A stretch of DNA of 64,000 nt from Podarcis liolepis (taxonomy: Eukaryota). Made by a program: the position numbers and the translations under genes. The notes under the pieces are model-generated. The model had not been told where the DNA came from and did not search any database. It saw only the letters and a list, made by a program, of their open reading frames with translations. Numbering within the stretch: the first letter of the stretch is position 1; the number at the start of each line of letters is the position of its first letter. The stretch lies in NCBI GenBank assembly GCA_965112155.1, contig OZ218099.1; one strand, written 5' to 3'. This document shows positions 1 through 12,700 of this stretch, piece after piece.

Positions 1-2899
1 ATCTAGAGACAGAACTTTGCACTGGATTATCTGGAATACCTACTTACAGCCTCAAACCAAGTAACAAAGGCCAACTGACCTCTACAACATATACAAAGAA
101 ATAACAGCATTGGTCTTGCTGATGCAGCAGAGTAACACTGATAGTGTGAGCTATACTTCCATACATTAAAAAGCTGTTCCAGAAGAACTCAACTCAAGGA
201 TTCCTAGGATCTACTTTTCAATACAATATGGAAGTTGTTACAGAGCAAAGATGACTATTCACCAAAGCTATTAGGCAATATCCAACTGTTGTGTTCTGCT
301 TGTGCAACAGATTCCCCCTTCCTCTCTTCTCTGAAGTCTCCTGGGTGACCCCCAACCCAAAATCTGTTCTGGAGGGTTAGGGACCTCTCCACAAACTGAG
401 AAGATTGGAAGGCATGAGTGACAGCAGAACAGCTAAGAGCAAGTCCCATCATTCCATGGGTGCAACAATGGATCTTGTGTTGGGAAGATTTTGTAACATA
501 CCAATACTCTAAGTGAGCACAAATGTTTCTTCAGTATAGCTTAATTGTATTGTACCTACAAGGGCTGCTTTCGAAATCATTGGTGAGAGGGCAAGGTATC
601 TATCTATCTTTTAAATACATAAAGGAGTATGGGAAATATTCTTACAAGAGACCAATGCTTAACTATGGTTTAACACAACTGACCAACGTGCTCGTGTTCA
701 CTGCTCAGGCGTCCCTGCTTCATTTTTCACATGTTCCTTGCTACAACAAGCTACAAGCCTTGGACTGTTGTGCTGCCTATACCTGGGCTCAAAGTTTGTT
801 TCCCCCAAACAAACCATGAGTAGTAAGGTAAGAATAAACCTCTTATAATTTGTTCGGAGAGAAACAAACCACAATATCTGGTCTGAATATACAAGTGAAA
901 GCTTGTGCCTTATTGCTCCCAGAGCAGTATGGCCAACAGCAAGGGACGAACAAAGCAGGAAGCTTTGATCAGCAGGCACCCACTACTAATTTGCAATAAA
1001 CTGTGGTTAAACATTAAATATGCTTTATTGCGACGTGGAAACCAGTTCACTTATAGGCATCAAAGACTTCACTGTGTTAGGGGAAAGTCCCAGAATTAGA
1101 CATTTGGGCAGATTTTCTCTTTCTTTCAAGGATTACAATGGTTAAACATTTAACCATCTTCAGTGCTTTGTTTTAAGCTACTCTCTGTTGTTTCACAAGT
1201 ATGACAATTTAAAGACTCATTATTTGGATGCTGATATTCTAACGAATTGCATACACATGGCCAAAATATGTATGTGCTTAATACCTATTTGACACACCAT
1301 CTTTATATATAGGCTACAGATGCCTGCAGCCTCTCTTGTACATAATTCTCAAAATGAAAATAATCAAATAGGTAGCTCCTCCTCACATAAACTAGAAACA
1401 TCTGCCTGATATTTGACAGCCAGATGGACTATGTTATTAAGAACAAGACTAAAACAACTCTTCTGATTATATACAAAGTTTCCTAACCTGCACAACGACT
1501 TTAACTACTGCTCCCATAGGTGGAGCTGCCACAGCACGACCTTTCTCCTTCTGGGGCCGCACCCTTACATATAGCTCCAAAATAACTGCTGTACTTCATA
1601 ACTCTCAGATAGCTAATGATCCTGTAGTGTAGAGAAATACCTTAAAACTGTTCTCAAGTAGCTTTATCAGTAGGCCAAAACCAACACCAAGGATGGTGAC
1701 ACTAAGATTCTAGAAAACTGCATTCCCACAATCTTTGAAAACAGATGTCCAGTTTTAGAGTACAATGATTCAAAACTAAAGTGCTAGTTGTTCTCATCTG
1801 CCCCCCCAACAGTGAAGAACAAAGAAGTACACAAGTTATTTAATGTTATTAACACATCCATATTCTAAAGGCCAGCATGCACTGAAGCAGATTTCAAGAG
1901 GGTGGGGACCCTCTCAATTAACAAGAATTAAGAAGGCTTCACAACTGGTCTCGCTGCTCCTGACATGCATAAATTAGTGTATTTTTAAACGCAGGAGCTC
2001 AGACTTGGATTGACTTACACCCTTGTATAGATAGCAGCATGCACAGTCAGCAATCCCATTACAGCCACTCAATGCATACTGCAATGCATAGGCATATGCC
2101 TTTGCAGGATTGAACCATTAACTATTTGCCAGCATCAGTTTCATCTATCAGATTTTTTTTCCTGGCTTACCTTTGCATAAAGCCTATGAATTTGAAAGGT
2201 GACACCTAGACTAGCTTACAACATACAAAATGCAGGAGAAAATCCACATCATCCCTCAGGGTCTATTAAAGATTTATTACCAAAGATGTAAGTTAGCAGG
2301 CCTCTGGCTCAGGTTCACAGTTACACTGCCATCAAAATTAGGGGACTAAGCTGAAAATAACCAGGTGTGTCTTAGTTCCAGAAAGCAGCGCAAAACCTGT
2401 AATTTCTCCCCATGTGACAATTCAGCTAAAAGCTATAGCAGACATGACAAGTGACAAAAGGAGAAGAGTTACTCTGCAAAAAATAACCTAAACTTGGGCA
2501 ATTATCTCTTTCAAACCAGGCTACTTCCTAGAAGCCTCACAGTAAACAACTCCATCTGAGTATTATTCATTTTTCTTCACCGACAGCTGGTGCATTTCCA
2601 AACCTCATACTTCACTGTCAGAACCCTTCGGCCCAGAAACATGTAGTCAGGAATTTTTTCCCACCCCAGCTTAGAAGCCAAATAAAAGAAGTGGGGAAGA
2701 AAGGGGGGGGGAGAGAGAGAGAGAGAGAGAGGAGAGAAAGGAGACAAGAGCGATTTGCCCAAGGTCACAAAGGAAGTAACTGGGCACTACTGGGGCTCTC
2801 CCAGTCCTCATTTCCCCCCGTGTCGAGCCATGGCTAACTGTAAACACGGTTGCTCTGAAGTCAGTCTCCCTGCAATACCCAGGTCTTCCTTCCGAGTAA

Positions 2900-3790
2900 A
2901 CCCTGACTGTAACTGCGGTGGTTGAGCAGGCGAGGGACACGACGGTTTTACTTCCCGCTACGGGGCTTGATGCGCTTCTTGGGCGTTCCTCTGTCACCTC
3001 ACGGGAAAGCAGAGTCCGCTTGGGGTGGGGGGGCCGCGACCTGAAGGCCCCACCAGAGCGCCAGAGGCAAAGCGACCCCCGACCTCGCTTCTCCAAAGAC
3101 AGCCGCTTCCCTCAGGCCGTCGTCGCGCCCCCCCTTCCCCAACCCCCTCTCGGTTCATGCCAGAGCGGCGCCCCCTCACCGAGGTAAATGTCCCCGAAGG
3201 AGCCGCTCCCGATCTTCCGGCCAAGCCGGTACCGGTTCCCGACTCTCAACTCCATCGAGGCGGCTCGGCAGGACCCGGACCCAGTCGCGAGGGACCCTGA
3301 CTCAGAGCAGGGCGACGCCAGAGACCATCGCGGCCCTTAGCCCCGCCTCTCGACGCCGGAGGGATTCGGGGGCGACAGCGCACCCCGGGTGGGGAGGATG
3401 GACGCAGATTCCCCGAGACCCGGATCCTCCCTCAGCGCAGCTAAGCCCCAGCCGCCATATTATGTGACCTCACTTCCTTGGCAACAGGGGGCGGAGCTTT
3501 GCGACGGAGGAGCATCCTCTTCTGAGGGAAAGCTGGGTCAGGGGGACCAGATTGTGAGGCCGCGCGCGCGAGCGAGAAAGGGATGGGGAGGGAGAGGGGC
3601 CGCGTCTCCATGGTAACCGCTGGGCGCTGGAACCTGGGCGCGGGGCTTCCCCTCGGCTCATTGGCCGCTTTCGCCCCGCGGTAGGGTTTGGACTTGGCCC
3701 CACCCGTGAGAACCGAGGCAGCTGCCACCCCATAACCAGGGCTCCGCTCACGGGCGGGTCCAGCAGCAGCTGGCTGCGCCCTAGTATTGT
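2900..3790 (-). promoter_or_regulatory. CpG-island promoter/5'UTR of CSNK1D
   Basis: Abrupt GC- and CpG-rich block. YY1-like AATATGGCGGC and ETS GGAAGT on - strand (~3452-3478), RFX X-box-like GTCTCCATGGTAAC (3604-3617), CCAAT on - strand (~3660), GC boxes. Confidence 0.8.
3180..3255 (-). CDS. CSNK1D: Casein kinase I delta, coding exon 1 (gene continues beyond the left edge)
   Basis: Minus strand translates [25 protein letters not shown](G), 76 nt, then a GTGAGG donor at 3179. R at residue 8 fits delta (epsilon has K). Too short for the ORF track. Confidence 0.93.
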
Positions 3791-4429
3791 CAGAGATAAT
3801 TGGGCTTATTCACACAAACTTTTCTATAGGCTTCTGAGGCTGGAATAGCACGAAGCATGGTTGCAATACCGTCACGTAACCCCATAAAAAGATGGTGCCA
3901 AAGCACATGCTGGGGTTTGTCAACCCTCAAGATCTGAAACGGTTTCCAATTGATTCATGGATGGCAGTGTCCTTTCTTGAGGCGGGGCGGCTGGCAGTGA
4001 GAGAACTTACGGAAATGTCATGAAATCATAAGGATGAAGGTGGTTCAAGGAAGGCTATTCTTGAGATGTAAAGCTGTTTCTTATCGTTTCCCCACTTCAA
4101 TTTGGGATTTGAGCTCAGGATTTGCACCCTCCCCCAGGATGTGGCTGAAAAACAGGTTTCATATTTGGGCTGAGTTGTCTTTAATATGGGCCGTTTCATC
4201 TGGGAGAAGTGAATTCATGAATTCACTTCGTATTCATTTTATAGTGTTCTTACTCAAAGGCATGAATAGGAGGAGCCACGATGCATATGTTTTACACTGG
4301 ATGTTTTGCAGCTGATAAGCATCAGTCTGACTTAATTATGGTGTTTGGTGTAACGTGAAGAAACAAACCTTAACTTTGCTCTTTTATATCTAACTTGAGC
4401 TCTTTGGATTGCCAAGGTTAAGAATGTAT

Positions 4430-4512
4430 TCATCAGTCTGCTTTGTGTAGTCCACAAAATTGTGTGCCCTAACAGATTTGTCTCTTGAGGTGCCACTAGA
4501 CTCTTTAGTTTC
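4430..4512 (+). mobile_element. Degenerate Penelope-like terminal fragment
   Basis: gtagtccacaaaatt...tttgtctcttgaggtgccactagactc resembles the tail of the PLE copies at 29200-29280 and 42860-42920. Confidence 0.4.
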
Positions 4513-5962
4513 TTATGAAAGTTGACATTCAACATCATTCATTTAATACAAGATGACATCATTTTAGGTTCTCTTTAGAATGGACATAGTGAAAATATGT
4601 GGATCCAGAATTTTGGGAAGTCTTAGTGGACACTTTTTATATATAAAATGCCGAAATGTATTTATAACCATAGTGTGTTAGGCACAGTACTTGATTCCTA
4701 CTCTTTAAGATGGTAGGAAGAAGAAAACTGTGTGTTATCACTTTACACATAAAACATTAGAAAAGTAAAGTACTTTATTTACCAATGAGTCTGAAAAGTG
4801 CTGGTCAGAGTCTTAAATGATCTGAGGCATGAGTATCTAAAGGAGGATCCCCCCAAAAAACATTTCATAGTTAACCCATATTATGAAAGGTTGTTGTCAA
4901 GATAAAAATACTGCAATAAATTGTTTTATCCAAGAACCACTATTTGAAATCACTAGCACTGTGTCTTTCAGTTAAGGTGTGGTATGTAGGGCAGTGTGGG
5001 AGAATTATGAACATATTTTGCATTGTCTGACTTCCATAGCGATTGGTTTGGGAAAGTCAAATGATGGGGGTAAAGTGACCAGATATACTATTTGATATAC
5101 AGTGTTTTTAAAGTGCTGGTTTGTCTTTCAAATGCTTTAAAATGAAAGCAAACGATAAGAAATTAAGTATCCACCAGTGACCACTTGGGGTCAGTATTAC
5201 ACTACTGTTATTGAGCTTGAAACTAGATGCCTTCCAATGCCCACTTGGTGCAAAATATTCCCACAGCTCTGATTAAACTCAAGGTTATGTAACCCATGAA
5301 GGAGAGAAAGTAGTCAAATATGTAAGATTCTAGTACTCGGAGGTATGCTACTTCTAAAGACAGAAGTCCCTCTTAGTTACCATATGTAACAGGCACTACT
5401 AGACCTATTCCCAATGAAGACGTCCAACTTAGCAGCTCTAGCAGCACTTCCATAAGCATGCACTGTGAAATGGTATTTACCTTCTTCCCACCATTCAAAC
5501 ATGTAACCCACCCATTTAGGTACATTTCATCAAAAACCAAGTGCTTCAGACTATTGAGGGTGGGTGGATTACATGTTTGAATGTTCAGTTTTAGTGCATT
5601 CTTTAAGGCTGTCCTACATAATTTCTCTGCATGTGTGGATTAGCCCCTACTTTCATGCAATATGTTCTCTTAAATAACACTTGTGATGTTATGGAGAAAT
5701 ATTAGAGACGAGTTTCTGCCAAGTTATTCAAAAAGCTATGTATTGCTACAAATGCACATACATATAAATACATCAAGGCAATGAAGAAAAGTTAATCCAC
5801 TTTCTTAAAGTCACAGGGTACACCATCTGTAGAGAGAAGAGTATGAAGAGCAAGTCAGCAAATGTTCAAGAAAAAGGCTGCATCCTCCAAAAAGCCAATT
5901 AATGCATAAGAATATGAACAGTTATATTAGCAAGGATTTAAGCAATGAATAGCACTAGACTA

Positions 5963-6299
5963 TGGAGCTGTGAGTTAAACCACTGAGCCTGGGGCTTGCC
6001 GATCAGAAGGTCGGCAGTTCGAATCCCCGTGATGGGGTGAGCTCCCATTGCTCGGTCCCTGCTCCTGCCAACCTAGCAGTTCGAAAGCACGTCAAGTGCA
6101 AGTAGATAAATAGGTACCGCTCTGGCGGGAAGGTAAACAATGTTTCCGTGCGTTGCTCTGGTTCACCAGAAGCGGCTTGGTCATGCTGGCGACATGACCC
6201 AGAAGCTGTACGCCAGCTCCCTTCACCAGTAAAGTGAGATGAGACCCGCAACCCCAGAGTCGTCCGTGACTGGACCTAACTGTCAGGGGTCCCTTTACC
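5963..6299 (+). mobile_element. Sauria-type SINE
   Basis: tRNA-like B box GTTCGAATCC, family body (ggggtgagctccc...gcaagtagataaataggtacc), cctttacct tail. TSD TAGCACT(A/G)GACTA at 5950-5962 and 6300-6312. Confidence 0.88.
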
Positions 6300-6697
6300 T
6301 AGCACTGGACTAAATGTCCAGTGAAACCAAGTAAGATTTACATTTGTTTTAATTTTTATCGTTAATTGTAAACTGTGATTTCAGTGTTATCGAGTGCTAC
6401 ACTGGGACCCTTGCAGGAAGGGCAGACTACTAATACTTGTACTACAAATGCATGTGCTGTTGTGTAGCATAATTCAGTGCATACATTCTCAAAAGGAAAG
6501 CCCACTTAGTTCAGTGTGCTTTATTCCAAATAAGTGCACACACTTCACTAACCATTAAAATTCAATACAAAACTGCAATGAACTGAATTTCTTTCTGACT
6601 CTGAAATTGTAACAAGGAAATTTAAACTATATTGCCCGCAATTCTCCAGCAGCATTTCTACTTCAGTTGATAATTACCTCAGTCTAAAGTCATCAGT

Positions 6698-6722
6698 TTA
6701 GAAATCTGAGTAGTGTTTCAAC
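6698..6722 (-). CDS. UTP18: UTP18 exon 13 coding part, with stop
   Basis: TTTGCAG acceptor; LKHYSDF-TAA; followed 20 nt later by a GAG|GTAATT donor at 6677. Confidence 0.92.
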
Positions 6723-9700
6723 CTGCAAAGTTAAAACAGAGTTAATATGCAATAGTTTGAGATATTCCCAACTACAAGACCACAAAGCACCCTGCTTTAG
6801 CTTTCTAAATTATACCACAGTGGTTCTAATATTTTATGGCAATGTTTTCATCTAACATCAACATATCAGGGTACAGAGTAGCAAAGTATGTTTTTAAAAG
6901 AGACAAGGGAAATAAGAATGTGCAAGAAAATTCAAATTGTGCCTAGGTCAGTTAAATTATAAAAACCTGTTTTATTATTATTAGGTATCAAAGGCAATAT
7001 TCATCTAAGCTATACTAAGACTAGTTACTCTGAGTATGACTAACATTAATACTGCCCACAGTCAATAATATAACACAAATCTGAAGAAATCTAAGAGTTA
7101 AGTATCACTGTAATTGCAGTAGCATGATTTAATACGTACCTATACAATAAAGCTCTGCCTTTGTTATTTGCTATGGAAAAATATCCACTTCTGGGTGAGA
7201 AGTCCATGGAGTTAGCCAAGTATATTAACTTTTTTTTGAACACCGGAAAATTTGGGAATACAGTAAATGAAGGAATGTGCACCTGCGAAGGAGAGTGGAG
7301 CAAGGTAATGAAACAGAGGGGCTGGGTAAGTGAAAGCATACTTCACTGTCATACATAATATAATTAATAATAATAATATTTTTTTATACCCCACCCTCCC
7401 CAGCCAAAACAGGGCTCGGAGCGGCTAACATGAAAATAAACCTTCAAACATTAATTTTTACAGTTACTTTCAAGACAATAACTCTGAACCCAACACTTTA
7501 TCTTAAGCAAAGGCTTGTGCACAACTAGCAGGATTTTCTAACCCTTTCCCCTGCATCTGTCCATTTACAAGCTACTTTAGAAATTCCCTGAGTTTTGGTA
7601 CAGAGGATCTCCCAGGATGGGAGGCTGGAGGAAGAGGGGGAAACTCCCAGGTGAGACCTGGGAGGGTTCACTCTTCTGTGTGGAATAAAGGTTAAGATAT
7701 TGGTCTTTTATTCTCTTTCACTTCTTCTTTCTTTTCTTTTCCTTTTTTCCTACTTTTCTTCTCTAGATTAGTTTGGCTTTATGAAAAGTATTAATAAAAA
7801 GTGATTATAAAAAAGAAAATTTCCTGTCCAGGATCTTTCTAACTACAGATTTTGCATATACAGTTACAATTAAAACTACATGGGCTGATCCTCACACCTT
7901 GTGGGCTGCCTGTTCCTGCACTTGCAGGATATGAACCACATGACGTTTCCACCAGCTGTGTGACATCTAGGTTTTTCTGGAGCTAAATCCCACTTTTCGC
8001 CTAAATGGTAGCAATGTGAAAAGCTTTTCTAATATGATAAAATGGATGTTTTGGGGTTCTCTCATTTTCCCCTGTTCCAAAGCAGAAATTGGCAGACTGT
8101 GTGCACCTGGTGAAAAGGAAAAGGTTTCCCCATATAAAGCTCCTAAAATGAGAAATGTTTGCCTCAAACCATAGAGTATAGGCATTTCTGTCTTTCTGTT
8201 GTCGTATTTTTGGTAATTTCCCAGAACACTTATTCAAACTCAATACATTCTCACGATCCAAGAACCACGCAACGTGTGTGTCTGTTCTATGTATGTGAAA
8301 ATGCTTGCAGCTTGCAATTACTTGAGCAACTAGGATGTCACAGAATGTTCAGACATGCAAAGCGCTCAAGGTGAAGTGGTCAGCAACCGAATGCTGACAA
8401 ATAACAAAACTTCTGTAAAGGAAAATGATAATCACGAGCAGGAGAAAAATTCTCCGGTAAGCGACCTAGTTATAATAGTTATAAGAGGAACTGTTTTTTG
8501 TTTGTTTTGCTGAATTAAGGCCAGGGGAGGTGGACAGGGGATCTCTGTAGGCATGGGAATCCAAGGCTGGGATGCTGAGGAGGACCTTAGGAGCTGAAAA
8601 GAACAAGCAGGAAAACTCCAGCTTAAATTGAATCGAATTAATACTTAGCCATTGAATTAAACTTAGGAGAAATTCTTACCAGCTTTACCGCCTCATCTAC
8701 TTTATTAGAAGCAATTGCCAATATTTCAGTGGTGGGACTGAAGGATAACGATGTTGCAGGTGTGACCAAGTTCATTATAGCTTTAAGAGGCTTAGGACTA
8801 GTTTCTCTGAGACAGTCATCCTGAGCATACACATTCACAACTCCAGAACTAGAACTAAAAAAAAAAAGAGTTTGTGGTTTATAAAATCCTTAAACCAGAA
8901 TTAAATTAACTCAGCAATTTATATTCATGATCCTACGTTTCTCCAGAAGTACCAAGCGTCATTTCCTATCAGCTATACTGAGGAAATGTTCATGCGTAAC
9001 TATAGTAAAATCTTATTCATTTAAGTAAAAAGAGTGCATTTTTTTACTACGTTTATGCTTATGGTAAGTTTGTAGAAGGGAGGCTCCATCTACAGAAAGA
9101 GGTTTGACAGCTACAGCCATTCCTAGACTGGGAAAGCCTTGCCACAGTAGTTCATGCATGAAGTGATTTCAAGTAGATTACTCCAATGCACTCTATGTGG
9201 GGCTTTCCTTCTGCTTGCTCTGGAAGCTGCAGTTAGTGCAGAATGCTGCAGCACAATTGCTGACTCCTACATATGCTGCAAGAAGCTCACCTGTATCTTA
9301 GGGGGAGCAATTAGCCACGGCCATTTTTCAATCAAGGCAAGCAACACGGCAGCTCTACAGAATTTAAGGGCAAAAAGCTGCTCAATATGTATCAACCACG
9401 GACTAAAAATAAGGTATTTCTGAAGACTACTTTGATAAAGCCTGGAACTTGATCTAAAAAGCATTTGCAATGTGTTTATCTGTCATACTGGCAAGTTATT
9501 TTGTTACCATATATAAAGATACACCACTAAATTATTTGCCCTCTGAATTTGGCCTCTTATAGCACATTACAAAGAATGTTTACTCAGAAGTAAGTCCCAC
9601 TGAAATCAAGTGGATTTAATATGCTGAGAGCTGCAACATTAGTAACGCATGTCTAAACCCATAACTATCTGACAACTCCAGTGTCTTTGAAGTAGAGACC

Positions 9701-12700
9701 CTTCCGGCATGATCCAAGAAATAAAATATCTTAAAATATTGGCTCTGCTTCCACTTACCCACATGCCACATACTGGTTGTTTTTGGAGACTGCAATAGAT
9801 GTACCACACATACAACCTTCGTCATAAAATCTGTTTAGGCATCGTCTGCTTTTTACATCCCATACAAAAACTTCACCCTGAACTGACAGACAGAGAGACA
9901 AATAGGGAATTTTTAAGAGGAAGTAATATATGACATCAAAATGCTGGATTTAAAGGGGGGGGGGAAGCCTCTGCTAAACTATGAACAACTGAAGAGCACA
10001 GCAAGGAATAACTCCATACACTACTCAAAGATTATAACTATTATATAGTGAGTTTCTATTTAATAGGTACTCACATGCATACATCATAAGAAGTAAAAGG
10101 CACAACTGTTTCATGGTTTCTGGGGAGGTTGTATCGGGTCACAAATTCCAGTTTCAACTTAAGGCATCTTGCTATGAGTGCTTTCTAATCAGAAAATGAC
10201 CCTATGACAATTACTACTGTAACAGCTGCAACAGAGGCTATACAAAGTTCTCCTTTCACTAAAAAATGCACACCATACAGTGATGCCACATCTTATCTGA
10301 CTTACCAGAATGCGTGTAGATTTTGCTGCTATCTGGAGAGAAAGATGATTCCAAAGACTTCCCATTTATTTTCATGCTCCCAATAAGCTCTTTCGTCTAA
10401 AATAGAAATGCAATTGCTGATCAACACAAGTAGTCACAATATCATAAAGTGAAAGAGTCTGGTCTCATGAGAGGAATGTCATCATACAGTCATCATAAAA
10501 AGGAGGGGAAGAAAACTTGTAGGGTGCACGCAAATAAATATTGGCTGAATGTGTTTTCATATATGTATTTCTTAGTACACCACTGTGTTCCCTAATATGG
10601 TGCTCTGTTGCCCTATTTCCCTCCTGTTATTTATGGCTTTCTTCCTTTGGTTTATCTTTTTCCTTCTACAGTCTCCACCACACCACTGACTTATTCATTT
10701 ACAGTATTCAGATGACTTGTTTAATAAGAGACACTTACAACACAAAACTCTAAAGATAATCAACCGCTTAACTATTAGCCACCACTATTTGGATTTAACA
10801 AAATCAAAGTCAAGAAATCCACACCATCCCTGTGACCTGTCTGCTGAAATGGCTACTGCTGAGCAGCACAGAAGTTTTGCATGAAGCATAAGACTGCAAA
10901 ATGCTATGTGGTTCGTATTTGCCATATTAGTATTAAAATGTATTTTTAGTATGAACTCTAGCTGATACAACTTCTCTGCTGGTAGAATTGTGTTGCTGTT
11001 TGAACTTAAAATGCTCATTTTCAGAAACAAATGCAGATTTTACCTTCATTGTCAACAAATGCAGATAGCCTGATGTTCCATTAAGGAGCAGGAATCTTCC
11101 ATCTGGTGATACTTCAAAATTTTTGATAAACTTCTCCTCTAAACCTTAAGTCCAAAAAAACAATATGTGTTATATAGTTCCAGCACATATATATAGGAGC
11201 TAATTGCCAAAGCTAACTATTAGCTTATAAATTATGGTTTGGTTAATCTGGGTGCTTATTTATAAAGAATAATAGAACATTATTTCCTTGAATGTTTATT
11301 CTTTTTCTTATAGATGCCATTGTTCCAAAGACATGGAAGAACACTGGGCACTAGTTCTACCGCCATGTGACACAGTAAGAAGGAATTTAATCAGAAATCT
11401 TTTATGTCTAATTCAGAAAAAATAAAATTATATTTGAGCATTATTCGAATCTACTTAAAATTCAGTGTGTACAAAAATATAAGCAAGCAGTGAAACCTCA
11501 CCTCTGATATGGGTTATAGGAATAATTTTCCCAGCCATCATGTCGTATATATAGAACCGCTTGTTGTGTATGCTAGTTGCAATAACTTGCTCTCCATCTG
11601 CACTAAAACGTGCCTTGTACACTGGAAAGCCTTCCAGATGAATGCTCTGTATCTTTGGATTAGCGATGCCATCCACCTTTAAAGAGAAAAAGATGCATTC
11701 ATTTTTCACCTCAGAATGGGCAATATTTAAGAGGATTTCTAAAATACAAATGTAATGACTAGCGAATGCCAGTTTGTCTTGAATTTAAATTCCTTGATTT
11801 GACGGCAACCCAGAGTCCCACAGAAACATTGGGCTGCTTCTGCCTGCTACTGCACCATATGGAGCTCCACCATAACAAGGAACTCCTTCTGCTTCTATGC
11901 AAACAATGGGGATGACCCACTTGCTTCCATGCACTTTTGACTGTTTCCAGTCCTTAAAGTTTGGTATTTAAACCCCACCCCAACCAACCACCACATAGGT
12001 GTCTAAAGTATGTCTCAGCCAATCAGTTCCTATAAAATAGTATACAAGAACATAGAACAGAAACAATTGCATTATATATAAGGTAATTATTCCTCACCTG
12101 GAACAGTGAAACAGACCGATCAAGCCCAGCAGTCATAATAACTTGAGCAGAAGGATGGAACTGCACAGTTGTCAGTTTTGCATCTGACAGACGTTCACTA
12201 TTAGCAAACTTGCAGTTTTTCATCTAAAATGCAGAACAGGAACATGTTATGAAACTGCATAACCACTAAGTACGTATAGAAAAGAAAAATCTACGCACTC
12301 ATGACAGTATCCAACACTGCACAAGCAGCACTAAGCTACCCAAATAAGACCTCTCCTTCTGCTCCTCCCTGAATACCCCCACAAAAACTGCTCCACAAGG
12401 TCCTTCAACCGTCTGGAGCAGATTTTGAGGGTGGGTGTGAGGCTTCAGGACAGAGAAGAAGGTTCAAGTGTGCAAACAGAAATCTTCTGCCCAAGTGAAA
12501 CAGCAGCTTTGGACACAACCCTATGTCTGCACTACTGAAATATATTTCAGCAAATTTGCTACCAATTCTGTCCTAAGATACATTCAGTGTTCTAGGCAGT
12601 TTTCCATTTCCTAGTTTAGAGATGCATTAGCGATCCAAATTTTTATAAAATCAAGTTGTAGTCAACTCTGTGCAAGTGGTGTTCTGCTCACACCTGGAAC

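Noticed and set aside
47-80. Possible small - strand exon (ttgtag...gtaagt) in CSNK1D intron 1
   Set aside because: 34 nt, frame-shifting, and not the expected CSNK1D exon 2 peptide; splice-like motifs arise by chance.
2577-3751. Several 60-140 aa ORFs in the left CpG island
   Set aside because: GC-rich artefacts; the real coding part is the 76-nt CSNK1D exon.
6678-6697. TGATGA...CTGA after the UTP18 stop, resembling C/D boxes
   Set aside because: The boxes are only a few nt apart and exonic; too short for a snoRNA.
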